A DNA stretch of 62,902 bases from a virus. Lineage: Duplodnaviria; Caudoviricetes. Each line of letters opens with the position of its first letter. Within the stretch, counting starts at the first letter, position 1. The DNA is taken from positions 1-62,902 of IMG/VR virus record IMGVR_UViG_3300034190_001790; one strand, written 5' to 3'. The notes under the pieces were generated by a model. It was not told the origin of the DNA. It searched no databases and saw only the letters and a program-made list of their open reading frames with translations. Below, piece by piece: positions 9,250 to 20,192 of the stretch. The translations under genes were made by a program, and so were the position numbers.

Positions 9250-10342
9250 TAAAGAGTACGGCAAAAGACTAAGGTTATCTCCTGAAGAAGTTGACTATAT
9301 ATTACAAAAAAGAGCAACTAATCTAGACAATATAAATAACAATACCGCTTTAGATATGCATTGCGAAGAGCGAGGTATAGATAAAAAAGATATAGTTAGT
9401 GTTAAGCATTGGCAAAGCGGGAGCGGAGAGTATAGGTTTTCTATTGTAACTAAGGAAAATTTAGGATTAGATGAAAAACAATTGTTTGGAAAAGTAAATG
9501 ACTTTATATCTAATTACTCTCCAGATTATGTTCCTCTTAAAAACTACAGAGAACGTAAGGATGGTCACTTACTGGTTATAAATCCAGCTGATATACATAT
9601 AGGAAAGTATGCTAATGAAAGGGAAACCAATCAAGAGTATAATAATGACATAGCCGTAGCAAGAGTTATGGAAGGTGTTAAGGGACTTATAGATAAGGCA
9701 AAGGGTTTTGATATAGACAGGGTGTTGTTTTGTATTGGAAATGATGTACTTCATATAGACAATGTATATTCAACTACTACTAAAGGCACTTATCAGGATA
9801 CAGATGGAAAGTGGTGGGAGCATTACGAAATAGCCTTAATGTTATACGTAAAGTGCGTAGAGATGTTAAGAAGAATTGCTCCAGTAGATGTTCTTCATAG
9901 TATGAGTAACCATGATTATCAGTCTGGCTATCATTTAGCACATACATTAAAAAGTTGGTTTAGAAAAGCATCTGACGTTACTTTTGATATCAGTGTATCA
10001 CATCGTAAATACTACCAGTATGGAAGTAATTTAATAGGACTAGAGCATGGTGATGGTGCAAAAATGGTTAATTTACCTTTGTTAATGGCACAGGAGAAAC
10101 CTTTACTCTGGTCGGCAACTACACACAGGTATTTTTATTTACATCACATACATCACAAAGTAAAACATAAGTGGTTAGACGCTAAAGATTACATTGGTGT
10201 TACCGTTGAATACATGAGAAGTCCATCATCATCTGATAGTTGGCACTCACGCAAAGGATTTACTGGAGCTCCATTAGCATGCGAAGGTTTTATCCATAGT
10301 AAATTATCAGGGCAAGTAGCCCGTTTAACACATTATTTTTAA
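9239..10342 (+). CDS. calcineurin-like metallophosphoesterase
   Basis: DIHIG, GND, SNHD, HGD and HHIH metal-binding motifs in the canonical order. Confidence 0.85.
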   Translation: MKSNKEYGKRLRLSPEEVDYILQKRATNLDNINNNTALDMHCEERGIDKKDIVSVKHWQSGSGEYRFSIVTKENLGLDEKQLFGKVNDFISNYSPDYVPLKNYRERKDGHLLVINPADIHIGKYANERETNQEYNNDIAVARVMEGVKGLIDKAKGFDIDRVLFCIGNDVLHIDNVYSTTTKGTYQDTDGKWWEHYEIALMLYVKCVEMLRRIAPVDVLHSMSNHDYQSGYHLAHTLKSWFRKASDVTFDISVSHRKYYQYGSNLIGLEHGDGAKMVNLPLLMAQEKPLLWSATTHRYFYLHHIHHKVKHKWLDAKDYIGVTVEYMRSPSSSDSWHSRKGFTGAPLACEGFIHSKLSGQVARLTHYF

Positions 10343-10365
10343 TGATAACTATTTGGCCAAGTTAA

Positions 10366-10515
10366 ATGAAAACGTATTTTATATTATATACATTAAGAGA
10401 TGGTAAAAAAGAGAGCGTTACTATAGATACTTATAGTCTATTTGACTCTTTGTTTCAGTATGAAAGAAACAGAGACATTGTAAGTTGGGATCTAATACGT
10501 TTAATTCAAGAATAA
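10366..10515 (+). CDS. small hypothetical protein (49 aa, not in ORF track)
   Basis: MKTYFILYTLRDGKKESVTIDT...; last + strand gene, overlapping the convergent ORF by 15 nt. Confidence 0.5.
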   Translation: MKTYFILYTLRDGKKESVTIDTYSLFDSLFQYERNRDIVSWDLIRLIQE

Positions 10516-10749
10516 AACCTCAGTATTTTTCTGCATAGCTACAAGCTCTTGACATTTTTCATACTCCTCAGTATATATAAAATGATCTATTAAAATTTCA
10601 TATACAGGATGGTTATTGTTTAGTATAGGCTCATCAGGATTATGTACAAAGTAAACATCTTCATCTGTATTAAAAAAGTCTTCTAACTTTTTTTTCCCAG
10701 TTAACAAAAGGTATGAGTTGTTCATGCACTTGTCCTCGTCAAACGTCAT
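10501..10749 (-). CDS. hypothetical protein
   Basis: 82 aa, overlaps the stop of the giant gene; C-terminal EEYEKCQEL helix. Confidence 0.7.
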   Translation of the reverse strand: MTFDEDKCMNNSYLLLTGKKKLEDFFNTDEDVYFVHNPDEPILNNNHPVYEILIDHFIYTEEYEKCQELVAMQKNTEVLFLN

Positions 10750-13700
10750 CTTTTCGGTTTTTTAGGCATAGTTGGTTTTCTTTTCCCAGGATTTGCATCT
10801 CTCCATCCTCTTTTATCACGAAGATACATCTTGTATTTTTCTAAAGCTTTTTCATATCTTAATAGCTTTTTATCATACATAACCTGTTTATACTCTCTGT
10901 AGTTTGTTTTTTTAAGTTCCTCTAACTCCTCTCTACTATATGTTTTTTCTTTTTTCTTTTTTAAGTCTTTATAAATATCAGCTAACAAAACTTTTCTAAC
11001 ATCTCTGTATAGTGGAATAAACCCAGTGTTTCCTAAAAACTCTACAGGTATTCTTTCTTCTCTCTCTCTTATTTGTCTTCTTCTGGCTTCTGAAGTTTTT
11101 CTATCAGGCTCAGTAAGTTTTCTTAAAGCAAAAGCTACTGACTTTACTGGTGGTGAGTAAGGCCCCAAAAAGTTTGGTGCAATTTTACCAGCATCCATTC
11201 CTTTACCAGACTTATAGTCTTGACCTGTTCTTACTAATGGTATAATATTATACTGGATTGCATCCCTATACTGATCATATTCTCCGTCACGAAGTGCGTC
11301 ACCATACTCTGCGTTTAACATTTCTATGTTATAATTTTGTATAGTTTTAAATGCATTACCAAAGTTTCTTCCTACTATCAATGAAGTAAAAGTTGTTGCT
11401 AAAGCTTGACTAACCTGCTGATCAAAATCTTTTTCTTCGTCTTCGCTTTCTACACCAAATGCCTCTAACATTAATTCTCCTGCCACTTTTATTCCTAAAG
11501 AGTATGCTGTCATTCTTAAAGTTACGGCAGCCATTAACTTAGCACCTTCAGCTCTAGATATACTACTGTCTCCATAGCCAAATGTGTTTTGCATAACTCC
11601 TGCTAGACCAATTACAGATGTGTCATACTCCTGCTTTAAGAATGTAGTCATAAAATTATTAAAGTTTACCCAAAGCTCTTCCATTCCTTTAGCGTCTTTA
11701 CCTTGTAGTCTTGACATAAAAGGATTGTCTGTGGCACCAATTAAAGTAACAAACTCATCCGCCTCTTTCATAGCAGCATCTAAGGCTTCTTTGTTTTCTG
11801 TTATGTATGCCTCATCATTAGCGGCAATTTTATTATAGTCTATATCCTTTCCAGTTATTTCTTTGAATGTATCAGACAATTTTCCTAATAAAAAAGGTTT
11901 CATCACCATCTTATCAGGACTACTTATTAGGGTATCAGCTATTAGAGCTGTAAAGTTTTGTATTTTTTTACCTGTAGCATCCCACACTCCCATTACTTTT
12001 TCTTTAGCTGCACTAACAAATCTTTCTCCTTTGTATGATTTTTTATTTAATAATTCTAGGTCTACCTTTGAAGACATTAAGTTAGTTCCCGTTACCCTTG
12101 TAATTGTTTTACTACCTAAATTAGTTAGCACATTAATTAATTCTTCTGTAGAAAGTTTGTTTCTTTTAGCAAGTCCAGACGCAAAAGTTTTTGGATGCAC
12201 TGCTGCAAACATCATGTTTGATAAATATTCTACACCAGCTCTGTATGAACTAACTAACATTGTTCTATAACCAAGTTTTTGTAATGAAGATTGAACCATT
12301 TGCATAAAACTGTTTTCTACAAAATTACTTCCCAATACATTTTGTACTGATTGTCCGATTGCTTTGTCGATAGACTCTAAAAACATTTGTACTTCTGCTG
12401 GTGGACTTCCTTTGTAGTCTTCTATAAGTTTATCTTTTAATGCTTTAAATGTTTGCTTTGCCTTTCTAACAGGTGTAGTCATATAGTAATCTAAATTTGT
12501 AAACTTAGATCCTCTTTCTGATGCGTTAATTGCACTGGTATAAATTGGACTTACCAACCCTGTTCTTTCAATACCAGACTTAGACTTGGTAGATGGCCTT
12601 CTGTTTGCATCTGTACTATTTATAAAGTCGTTAATGACATCTTTATTTATATCAACTCGTTCTCTACTTTTTGGTCTTACAGATATATGTGTGTAGTTTT
12701 GTCTTGCTATAAATGCAGCGTCTCTTTGTTGAGCTGCGTAAACTGCTTTTGCTGTGTTGTCAATATCTATTTGTTGTAATATTTTTAAAGCTTCTTTTTC
12801 TTGTTTATTAAATTTATTATAGATACTACTAACACTAACATCTTTTTTATCATAGTCCTTTCTAATCTTTTTTAATACCTCCACCTCTCTTTTACTTTGC
12901 GGATCGTACATTTGATTAGCCTCTAAATATTGAATTGTAGCATCTAACCATTCTATAGCTGGTTTTACTTTTTTATCTGTAAGTTTATTGGTGTCATACT
13001 CAAGTTGAATTCTATAAAACATAAGTCTAGCGTCTGCTTCAGCAACTTTATTCAATGAGACAACACCTAATTTTGTGTATGCTTTTTCTAATAACTTTCT
13101 AGCTTTATCTCTTAGCTTATCTTCTTTTTTATTATTAACTTCCATTTGCTGTTGATTTACAGCCATGTCATTAAAGAAGGCGTTAAACATTTTCTTTGTA
13201 TTAAAGTCTCCAAACAATCTATCTATATTATAAAGCTGACCTCTTTCCATAGCATTATAAAATTTTGATTGCTTATTAAAAGGATTGAAAGTTTTGAGTT
13301 TAGAATACATTCCTTCTATTGTAGGTAGCTTAATTTTTTTACTTTTTACATCACTTACAATAGGAGCTGCATCTCTTTGAGCTTTTATTTTAGATATTAT
13401 TCTTGACATTATACCAGGAGCATAACCATTATTAATAGTATTAGCAAGTCTAATAATATTACTTAAGTCTTCATTAGGTAAACCTTCCAAAGCTTTCTTA
13501 TCTTTAATTAATTTAGTAAACTCTCTTACATCTTCTCTTGTTTTTCTAAATGGGAAAGACAAAGGCGATACTTGATCTGTTCTTTCCTTGCTGATCTTAA
13601 TTTTACCTATTCCTTCTAATAGTTTTTTCTTTTCTTCCGCCTTTTGTTTTTCAGTCTTTACTTTTTTAATTCTTGGATTGATAGTATCTCTATACGCTCT

Positions 13701-16700
13701 CATGATTTTTACATCATTTTCTGTTATAAGATCATTATCTAATAAAAAATCTATTGTCTTTTTATAAGCTACTGTTCCATTAGGACTGATAAGAGCATTA
13801 TCAAGGAATAAAGCTATGAGCTGTGGTATTCTAGAATAAATATCGTTCATTGATTCTAAGACTTCACGAGCTTTTATAGCTACTAAACCTGCATCTTCAG
13901 CATTATCTAATATTACAAGTCTATCACCTAACCCATCAATAATATCTTTATACGCTTGATAAGTTTTTTCTGGCACTACAGACGGGTCTATTGTTACTAC
14001 TTCTCTAAGTAAACTTTCAAGAGTTATGTCTTTACCAGAAATAGCATCTCCAATAATTCTACCTATGCTTCTTTTTAAATTTGTAGCAGCTCTTTTTGCT
14101 TTAACTCTTAACTTACTGTATTCCGCATTTCTGTCTGCGTCAATAAATATTTTTTTAATTTTTTCTACAGTTTCATTTCTTGCTTCTTTATTTGCAAAAG
14201 CATCTTCCTCAACTACAAGTTCTAATATTTTACCTAATTCTTTATTACCAAGTCTACCATCGTTTTTTAAAGTTTTTAAATATTCTCTTATTGTTCCTAA
14301 ACCTTTTTTGAATCCTTGATTTAATCCTTTTAATATATTTGTTTCTACCTCTGCAACTAACTGAGGGTCTTGAGATATAAATAAGTAAGTTTGGTTTTCA
14401 TCTTTTGTTTGAGCTTCTTCTGTGGGTTTTTTCTTACCTATTATTTTTTTCTTATCTATTTTTTCTTGTGATATATCTATAGTTGCATCTTCAGACTGTA
14501 CATCTTTAGGAACATTAGATATATACTGACCACCCATAGCTGATCGAGCTGCGGTAGTCTTTTCTCTTTCTCCTAAAGGTGTTTGATTCATTTTAGGATT
14601 GGCAGGTTTTGCTTTAGGGTATATTTTTCTTACGTCTATACCATTGTTAAACACCATAATAGGTTTCCCTGGTAAAGAAAAAGGATAGGCTGGGTGATAT
14701 CCAGGGTCATTTTCATTTAACCTTACCACCGTACCATCTTTGTCAAATTGAATTGCTGATACTACGTCACCGTAGTCAATATTTTTTAATGCTGGATCAT
14801 TAACAATGCTTTCTATGTTACCATCAATAGTTTTAAGTGGAGCAAAAGGATATATTCCAAACTTTTCAAAAGACTCTTTACTTAAAAAAGTTTTTGCAAA
14901 CTCACCTCTTACTTCGAAGTTTGTTGTTTTAAATAAATCTTGCAGTTCTTGATAGTCTTTAATTTGTGTTGGCAAACCTTTCTTTTGTAATCCTTGTGCA
15001 ACCTTTGTAAGTTTTAGTTTCTGATTAATAAAGTCAACCATTTCTTTAGGTGAGGCTCCTTTTTCTATTGCGTTTGCTATCTCTGCATTTAAAAAGTCAT
15101 AAAACTGTAAGTTACCTGATACTCCTGCTGGAGCTTGAGACATAACTAAACCAACTCCATCGCTTGATGTTACTTTTTGTAAAACTTTTTTTGCAGCTGT
15201 CTCGTTTGAAAACACCCATGCAGAATTACTACCTTGTGATTGTGAACCGTATGGATACATAAACCCACCATTAAACATAAATCTAGTTCCTGATGGACTC
15301 TCAATCATACCGTAAGTAGCTTGATCAGCCGCAAAAACAAAAGCATTTGCTCCTTCTAACTCATTTATATCACCTCTCTTTATAGTGTTTACGTCTATAC
15401 CCCCTCTATCTATTTGCTCTGCATTGACTTCTATAGAAGGCCCATCATTATTTATATTACTCGGTATTGGCCCGTCAGCTCCTTCAACTGGTCTACCCAT
15501 ATCTGAAACATCAAAGGCACTAAAGTCTACGCTTTCAACTTCTGTTCCTTGAGTTATATCTTCAGCTAGAGCTGTTAAAAGTTCTTTTAAATTTTGATCA
15601 GTAGCTACAAAATCTCTTGTAACTTCTTTTATTTCAGGTGTAGAAGGAGCAAAAAAGTCTACTACTTTTTCTACCCATGTCTTAACTGTTTTTATTTCAG
15701 GTGCCTTTAAGGTGTCAAAACTTTGTGCCATTTTACCTATAAACTTCGTAAGAACTTCTTCATTACGCTGTCTTGGTTTATACTCCGATATAAAAAGATC
15801 AATTTCTTTAAGAAGCTTTGGATCTTTAATTTGTCTTTTTAAAGTCTCCGCCATATTTCTAGTAACATTAGTTAGTTTAGAAAACTGGTTTGCTAATATA
15901 GCATGAAAAACTTCGTGAGCAATAGTCTGTTCAGTTGCATATGGCATATTAATATGAATGTCATTTGAAGACGAACTGTAGTGACCTCTTGAAGAAGGTT
16001 TACTTCCAAACCCATAACCTCTTTGATAACTCTTTTGTGTTTTGTGCAGTACGATATTGGTTCCTGGCAAAAGTTTAGCCATTGCTATAGCAGCCTTTTC
16101 CGCTCTTGTAATTAATGCTTTTTCATTAGCCTCTCTGTCATTAAGATTACCATCTTTATCTTTTGTTCTTGCGTCAAATCCTTTTGCATATATTTCTGAA
16201 TAAGCTTCATCAGGCCTTCCTTTACTTTCCTGGTCTTCTACAATATATACTCTATCGCTGACTTTACTTTGAACTCCTTTTAAAGATTTTTTTCCTTTAC
16301 GTTCTGAATTTTGTTTTTCTTTAATTCTTTGTGGAAACTTTTTGTTTCTAGTAGTATTCGATCCTTCTCTATCAACTGTGTTTAAAATTATAGTACCGTC
16401 ATCATTTAAAACTACTGTACCGCTACCAGCTCTTCTTCCATCCCCTTCAAGACCTTCAACTAATGGGGCCGCAACCTCATCAGTAACTGTTTCATCATCC
16501 GTTATACCACTTATCTTTGATATCTCTTCTTTTATTTCTTTTAATCTTTTTTTACCAGCCTCTGTGTCGTTACCTATAAAATTGTTTTTTTCTATTTCTA
16601 ATTCAATTATCTTATCAATATTGTTTTGATTAGTAATGCCAGCTGCTTCTAGTTTTTGTCTTATATTCTCTCCTGTAATGATACGCATCTTTCTATCATC

Positions 16701-18275
16701 GTATCTTTTTTTCAATTCAGGATCATTAGAGATTTTATAATTTAATCCCATAAATGTTACATCGTCTGTATTGTCAATAGTTTCTATAACATCTTCTTTA
16801 GTTTGAGCAACACTCTCACCTTGTGCATCAATTAACTTATACGTTGGTGGAAATAAAAAGCTTTCTGCTTTATTTAACATTGCTTTTTTTACTGGAGTAG
16901 TTACTGGATCTGTTACTTTATTTATGGCATAACTTATTGGTGCCTTACCAGCACCCCCAATAGTTTCAAACCCTATCTCTCTTACATCTTGCTCTTGTCC
17001 TACTAATGCTCTGGCAGCTGACTCACCTACACCACCACCAATCATTTCGGAAGCTAAGGTTGTTCCTATAGCAGCCTTACCAGTTAATTTTTTTGCCTTT
17101 ATAATTCGTCCACCTACTCCTAATGACAACCTGTCTATTATACCTATTGCAGCTCCTCTACCTACAGACTTTCTCCATATTCTATTAAAAGCATCTTCAT
17201 TTCTTAAAATAGACTTTATACCATCTTCATTAAATTCTAAGTCATCTCTTTTATCTATTTCTTCTTTTATAAATTCAGCAAATGATAAACTAGATTCTAA
17301 TGCACCTGAAGCCATAGCAAATGCTGTTCTTAATGTTCCTGGATTAAATGCTCCTACCAATGCTCCAGGGACTGCTCCTACTCCTCCAGCTATCGCTCCT
17401 GTACCAGCACCAACTGCACCACCAGCAGCTATAGTGGCACCACCAGCAGCTAAGGACGCAGGGTTTAATAATTGAGTGATTGTTTGTGCTCCTATCTGTA
17501 GAATAGCTGATGGATTTTTAGCCAAACCTTCTAAAAACCCAGCAAACTTATTATCAGCTTGATCATAAATTCTATTAAAATTCATCATCTCATCTGTAGT
17601 TCCTTGATTTTGTAATGCTTCTTGGGATTGTAAAAAGGCTTCTACCTGCTCATCAGTAGCGTCACTACCACTAATCATTAAAGCGGCTGCCTCATCAGCT
17701 GTATTCCCCTGCATAAGTCCTTGTTTACCAGCACGATATATATCTCCAATAAGATCTGTTACAGAATTTTTACCTACTAACTGTTCTAAGTATGTATCTT
17801 TTTCTTGAGAACCTTCTATAAAAAATTCTCCTCTGTTGTATAGCTCTTTAGTTTGGTCTCTTTGTTCAGGATTTACACTGGTAATTCCAGTATCTTCCAC
17901 TTCAATATCATCAATGGTAAGATCCTCTTCTATTGCCTGATTGTCATCATCTTTAAATGGAAGCCCTGTTGTTGGGTCTATTGGAGCTGTTGGTTCGTTT
18001 GAAGACTCCGATGAAAAAGGATCCTGACTTGGTTGTGAAGGAGACTCCATAGGCTCCTGATCCCCAGTAGGTTCGGAAACGTCTTTTTTTTTTAAGCCAT
18101 AGGCTTGCTCAAAAAATTCATAACTTTCAACCTCAAAGTTTGGCTCAATTACTTGCTCGTAAAATAACTTACGTTTTCTATCATCTTGAAGATAGGCGGT
18201 AAATTCCTCTATACTGCCTAATTCATAATCAGCAGCTAAAGCTTCGTATAATAATTTTATTGCTTTGTTGTTCAT
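10746..18275 (-). CDS. giant internal virion (ejection) protein with zincin-like HExxH motif
   Basis: 2509 aa, last of three genes after the tail block; Gly/Ala hydrophobic stretch near aa 270-310; TIAHEVFHAIL with HEVFH at 15903-15917. Confidence 0.7.
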   Translation of the reverse strand: MNNKAIKLLYEALAADYELGSIEEFTAYLQDDRKRKLFYEQVIEPNFEVESYEFFEQAYGLKKKDVSEPTGDQEPMESPSQPSQDPFSSESSNEPTAPIDPTTGLPFKDDDNQAIEEDLTIDDIEVEDTGITSVNPEQRDQTKELYNRGEFFIEGSQEKDTYLEQLVGKNSVTDLIGDIYRAGKQGLMQGNTADEAAALMISGSDATDEQVEAFLQSQEALQNQGTTDEMMNFNRIYDQADNKFAGFLEGLAKNPSAILQIGAQTITQLLNPASLAAGGATIAAGGAVGAGTGAIAGGVGAVPGALVGAFNPGTLRTAFAMASGALESSLSFAEFIKEEIDKRDDLEFNEDGIKSILRNEDAFNRIWRKSVGRGAAIGIIDRLSLGVGGRIIKAKKLTGKAAIGTTLASEMIGGGVGESAARALVGQEQDVREIGFETIGGAGKAPISYAINKVTDPVTTPVKKAMLNKAESFLFPPTYKLIDAQGESVAQTKEDVIETIDNTDDVTFMGLNYKISNDPELKKRYDDRKMRIITGENIRQKLEAAGITNQNNIDKIIELEIEKNNFIGNDTEAGKKRLKEIKEEISKISGITDDETVTDEVAAPLVEGLEGDGRRAGSGTVVLNDDGTIILNTVDREGSNTTRNKKFPQRIKEKQNSERKGKKSLKGVQSKVSDRVYIVEDQESKGRPDEAYSEIYAKGFDARTKDKDGNLNDREANEKALITRAEKAAIAMAKLLPGTNIVLHKTQKSYQRGYGFGSKPSSRGHYSSSSNDIHINMPYATEQTIAHEVFHAILANQFSKLTNVTRNMAETLKRQIKDPKLLKEIDLFISEYKPRQRNEEVLTKFIGKMAQSFDTLKAPEIKTVKTWVEKVVDFFAPSTPEIKEVTRDFVATDQNLKELLTALAEDITQGTEVESVDFSAFDVSDMGRPVEGADGPIPSNINNDGPSIEVNAEQIDRGGIDVNTIKRGDINELEGANAFVFAADQATYGMIESPSGTRFMFNGGFMYPYGSQSQGSNSAWVFSNETAAKKVLQKVTSSDGVGLVMSQAPAGVSGNLQFYDFLNAEIANAIEKGASPKEMVDFINQKLKLTKVAQGLQKKGLPTQIKDYQELQDLFKTTNFEVRGEFAKTFLSKESFEKFGIYPFAPLKTIDGNIESIVNDPALKNIDYGDVVSAIQFDKDGTVVRLNENDPGYHPAYPFSLPGKPIMVFNNGIDVRKIYPKAKPANPKMNQTPLGEREKTTAARSAMGGQYISNVPKDVQSEDATIDISQEKIDKKKIIGKKKPTEEAQTKDENQTYLFISQDPQLVAEVETNILKGLNQGFKKGLGTIREYLKTLKNDGRLGNKELGKILELVVEEDAFANKEARNETVEKIKKIFIDADRNAEYSKLRVKAKRAATNLKRSIGRIIGDAISGKDITLESLLREVVTIDPSVVPEKTYQAYKDIIDGLGDRLVILDNAEDAGLVAIKAREVLESMNDIYSRIPQLIALFLDNALISPNGTVAYKKTIDFLLDNDLITENDVKIMRAYRDTINPRIKKVKTEKQKAEEKKKLLEGIGKIKISKERTDQVSPLSFPFRKTREDVREFTKLIKDKKALEGLPNEDLSNIIRLANTINNGYAPGIMSRIISKIKAQRDAAPIVSDVKSKKIKLPTIEGMYSKLKTFNPFNKQSKFYNAMERGQLYNIDRLFGDFNTKKMFNAFFNDMAVNQQQMEVNNKKEDKLRDKARKLLEKAYTKLGVVSLNKVAEADARLMFYRIQLEYDTNKLTDKKVKPAIEWLDATIQYLEANQMYDPQSKREVEVLKKIRKDYDKKDVSVSSIYNKFNKQEKEALKILQQIDIDNTAKAVYAAQQRDAAFIARQNYTHISVRPKSRERVDINKDVINDFINSTDANRRPSTKSKSGIERTGLVSPIYTSAINASERGSKFTNLDYYMTTPVRKAKQTFKALKDKLIEDYKGSPPAEVQMFLESIDKAIGQSVQNVLGSNFVENSFMQMVQSSLQKLGYRTMLVSSYRAGVEYLSNMMFAAVHPKTFASGLAKRNKLSTEELINVLTNLGSKTITRVTGTNLMSSKVDLELLNKKSYKGERFVSAAKEKVMGVWDATGKKIQNFTALIADTLISSPDKMVMKPFLLGKLSDTFKEITGKDIDYNKIAANDEAYITENKEALDAAMKEADEFVTLIGATDNPFMSRLQGKDAKGMEELWVNFNNFMTTFLKQEYDTSVIGLAGVMQNTFGYGDSSISRAEGAKLMAAVTLRMTAYSLGIKVAGELMLEAFGVESEDEEKDFDQQVSQALATTFTSLIVGRNFGNAFKTIQNYNIEMLNAEYGDALRDGEYDQYRDAIQYNIIPLVRTGQDYKSGKGMDAGKIAPNFLGPYSPPVKSVAFALRKLTEPDRKTSEARRRQIREREERIPVEFLGNTGFIPLYRDVRKVLLADIYKDLKKKKEKTYSREELEELKKTNYREYKQVMYDKKLLRYEKALEKYKMYLRDKRGWRDANPGKRKPTMPKKPKR

Positions 18276-18281
18276 ATATTA

Positions 18282-20192
18282 TTATTCTGGTGGAACAGGT
18301 AATTTTCTTTTTCTCCTTTTAGCCTTTGTATCATACTTTTCTTTCTGTAATTTTCTTAAGTCTTTATCTACAGGGTCAATTAAGTTTCTTCTTACATAAT
18401 CAAACATCTGTGATGTCTTATCATAAAAATCTTCATTAGCACCCATACCTTTTTTATCATAATTATTTAGACCCTTTTTTAAGGTATCTATAAATCCATC
18501 TCCATCAGTATCGACTCCAAAATATCCAGCTGGTATTGTACCGAACTGTAATGACTCTTTATCTTTTTGAGTAACTGGATCATTTTTATCATCGTTAGAT
18601 AATAATTTAATCTTGCTCAATTGTTGAAACCTTGTTGGTGCAGTAGGATCTATGTTAAATTGCTTTAAATCCGCTTCTCTTCTTGGTAAGCTACTTTTTA
18701 GTGGTGGGTAGGTTATATTTTTATCACCCATCTCTACAACTAATCTGTCAGAACCATCATCTAGATACTTAAGATCAAAAGGCTTTTGTCCTGGATACTC
18801 TCCCCTTTCTAAATCAGTAAACATATTTGGATCTAACACTCCCTGAATAACATTACGAAAGACATCTCTAACCTGTGTGTCTGGATCATAAAGCATAGTT
18901 TTAGTAATATTCTCATCTAGCTTACTATCAATATAATCAGATGCACTCTTACCGTTCATGACTTGATTCTTAGATTTATCTCTTCCATATACAGCTGGTG
19001 AGTATTTAATTAACTCAAACTCCTCATCTATTGCTTGATTTACATCCTCATCATTTTGATCAAGCTGTCTTCTCTTTAAATCTAAAAGTTGTTTTTGATA
19101 ATCCGTAAGAGTTTCACCTGGTTTAATTGATTCTACGTCATCTAGCATTACAAGCATTCTGTTTTTAACAGCTTCCTGAGCAACTATTTGTTGAGCCTCC
19201 CAATTTGGTGCGTCATCAACTGGCACTGGCATTCCTGTACTCTCATCATACCTTACAAGAACTTTAGAAGGATCTTTTTTTGCTTCAGCAAGACTGGTTG
19301 TTGGCTCATATTTATTACCATTTTCATCGGTTCCTACAATGTCTCCTAGTACACTAAATATTTTGTAGTCATTAGACAAAAATCCATTTACAGTTCCATT
19401 AATATAGTCTTTAATTTCTTTTGTTTCCATTGCCTGTTTTTGTCCTTCAACAGTCAACACTCCACCATCTGGTCTTCTATCATCTCCCTCACCCGTCATA
19501 GTTAAAGATGCAACAACTAATTTTCCTAACTGATCAACTGATCCTCTAAGGTCTGTATCTATACTATTATCTTTAGATACGTTTTGTATTTGTGTATTAA
19601 ACCTATTAGATAACTGATTTAAACTAACATGACGAGATGGGTCATTAGACACTGCCCCATTCTTATCTCTTCTAAGTAAAGAAAGCGTTCCTGTTTGTGG
19701 ATTTACAAAACCAGTGACTCCTTTTAAATTTCCAAACTCGGCATTTTGTTTATTAAACCAAACTTCAAAAGACGATGCGTCTCCATCATCAGCTCTTTTT
19801 ACCATTTCAGCATAGTCTGCCTCCCATCTTTTACTTATGTTTCCAAACTGCTGCCAGTCTCCTAAAACTCTTTGTTTGTTTTGTGCAAGTTCAGTTTGAG
19901 AAATAAGTCCCCTGTTAAATAAATCTTGCTGTACTCTTAAAAATTCTGCTGAATCACCTGACATTCCTAGTGCTAAATTTTGTAAAGTCTGGCTTGTATA
20001 CTCTTCCATTTCGCTTACCTTATCGGTAGCGTCAATAGTATCCTGAGCAATTTTTTCTCTTTCAGCCGCTCTCTCTTCTCTTATTCTTAATAGGTCTCCA
20101 GTTAATTTATTAGCTACAGTCCCCCAATCTACTGTAGTTTTTTGTAAATCTCTTTCAACGTATGTATTAAAATTTATATCTTTTCTAGCCAT
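18282..20192 (-). CDS. internal virion (ejection) protein
   Basis: 636 aa, helical N-terminus, positioned between the small and giant core proteins as in podoviruses. Confidence 0.6.
   Translation of the reverse strand: MARKDINFNTYVERDLQKTTVDWGTVANKLTGDLLRIREERAAEREKIAQDTIDATDKVSEMEEYTSQTLQNLALGMSGDSAEFLRVQQDLFNRGLISQTELAQNKQRVLGDWQQFGNISKRWEADYAEMVKRADDGDASSFEVWFNKQNAEFGNLKGVTGFVNPQTGTLSLLRRDKNGAVSNDPSRHVSLNQLSNRFNTQIQNVSKDNSIDTDLRGSVDQLGKLVVASLTMTGEGDDRRPDGGVLTVEGQKQAMETKEIKDYINGTVNGFLSNDYKIFSVLGDIVGTDENGNKYEPTTSLAEAKKDPSKVLVRYDESTGMPVPVDDAPNWEAQQIVAQEAVKNRMLVMLDDVESIKPGETLTDYQKQLLDLKRRQLDQNDEDVNQAIDEEFELIKYSPAVYGRDKSKNQVMNGKSASDYIDSKLDENITKTMLYDPDTQVRDVFRNVIQGVLDPNMFTDLERGEYPGQKPFDLKYLDDGSDRLVVEMGDKNITYPPLKSSLPRREADLKQFNIDPTAPTRFQQLSKIKLLSNDDKNDPVTQKDKESLQFGTIPAGYFGVDTDGDGFIDTLKKGLNNYDKKGMGANEDFYDKTSQMFDYVRRNLIDPVDKDLRKLQKEKYDTKAKRRKRKLPVPPE

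Noticed and set aside
18486-18512. DTDGDGFID in the 636-aa core protein as an RNA polymerase DxDGD catalytic motif
   Set aside because: It lacks the NADFDGD/DFDID context, sits near a variable C-terminus, and fits a DxDxDG calcium-binding loop better
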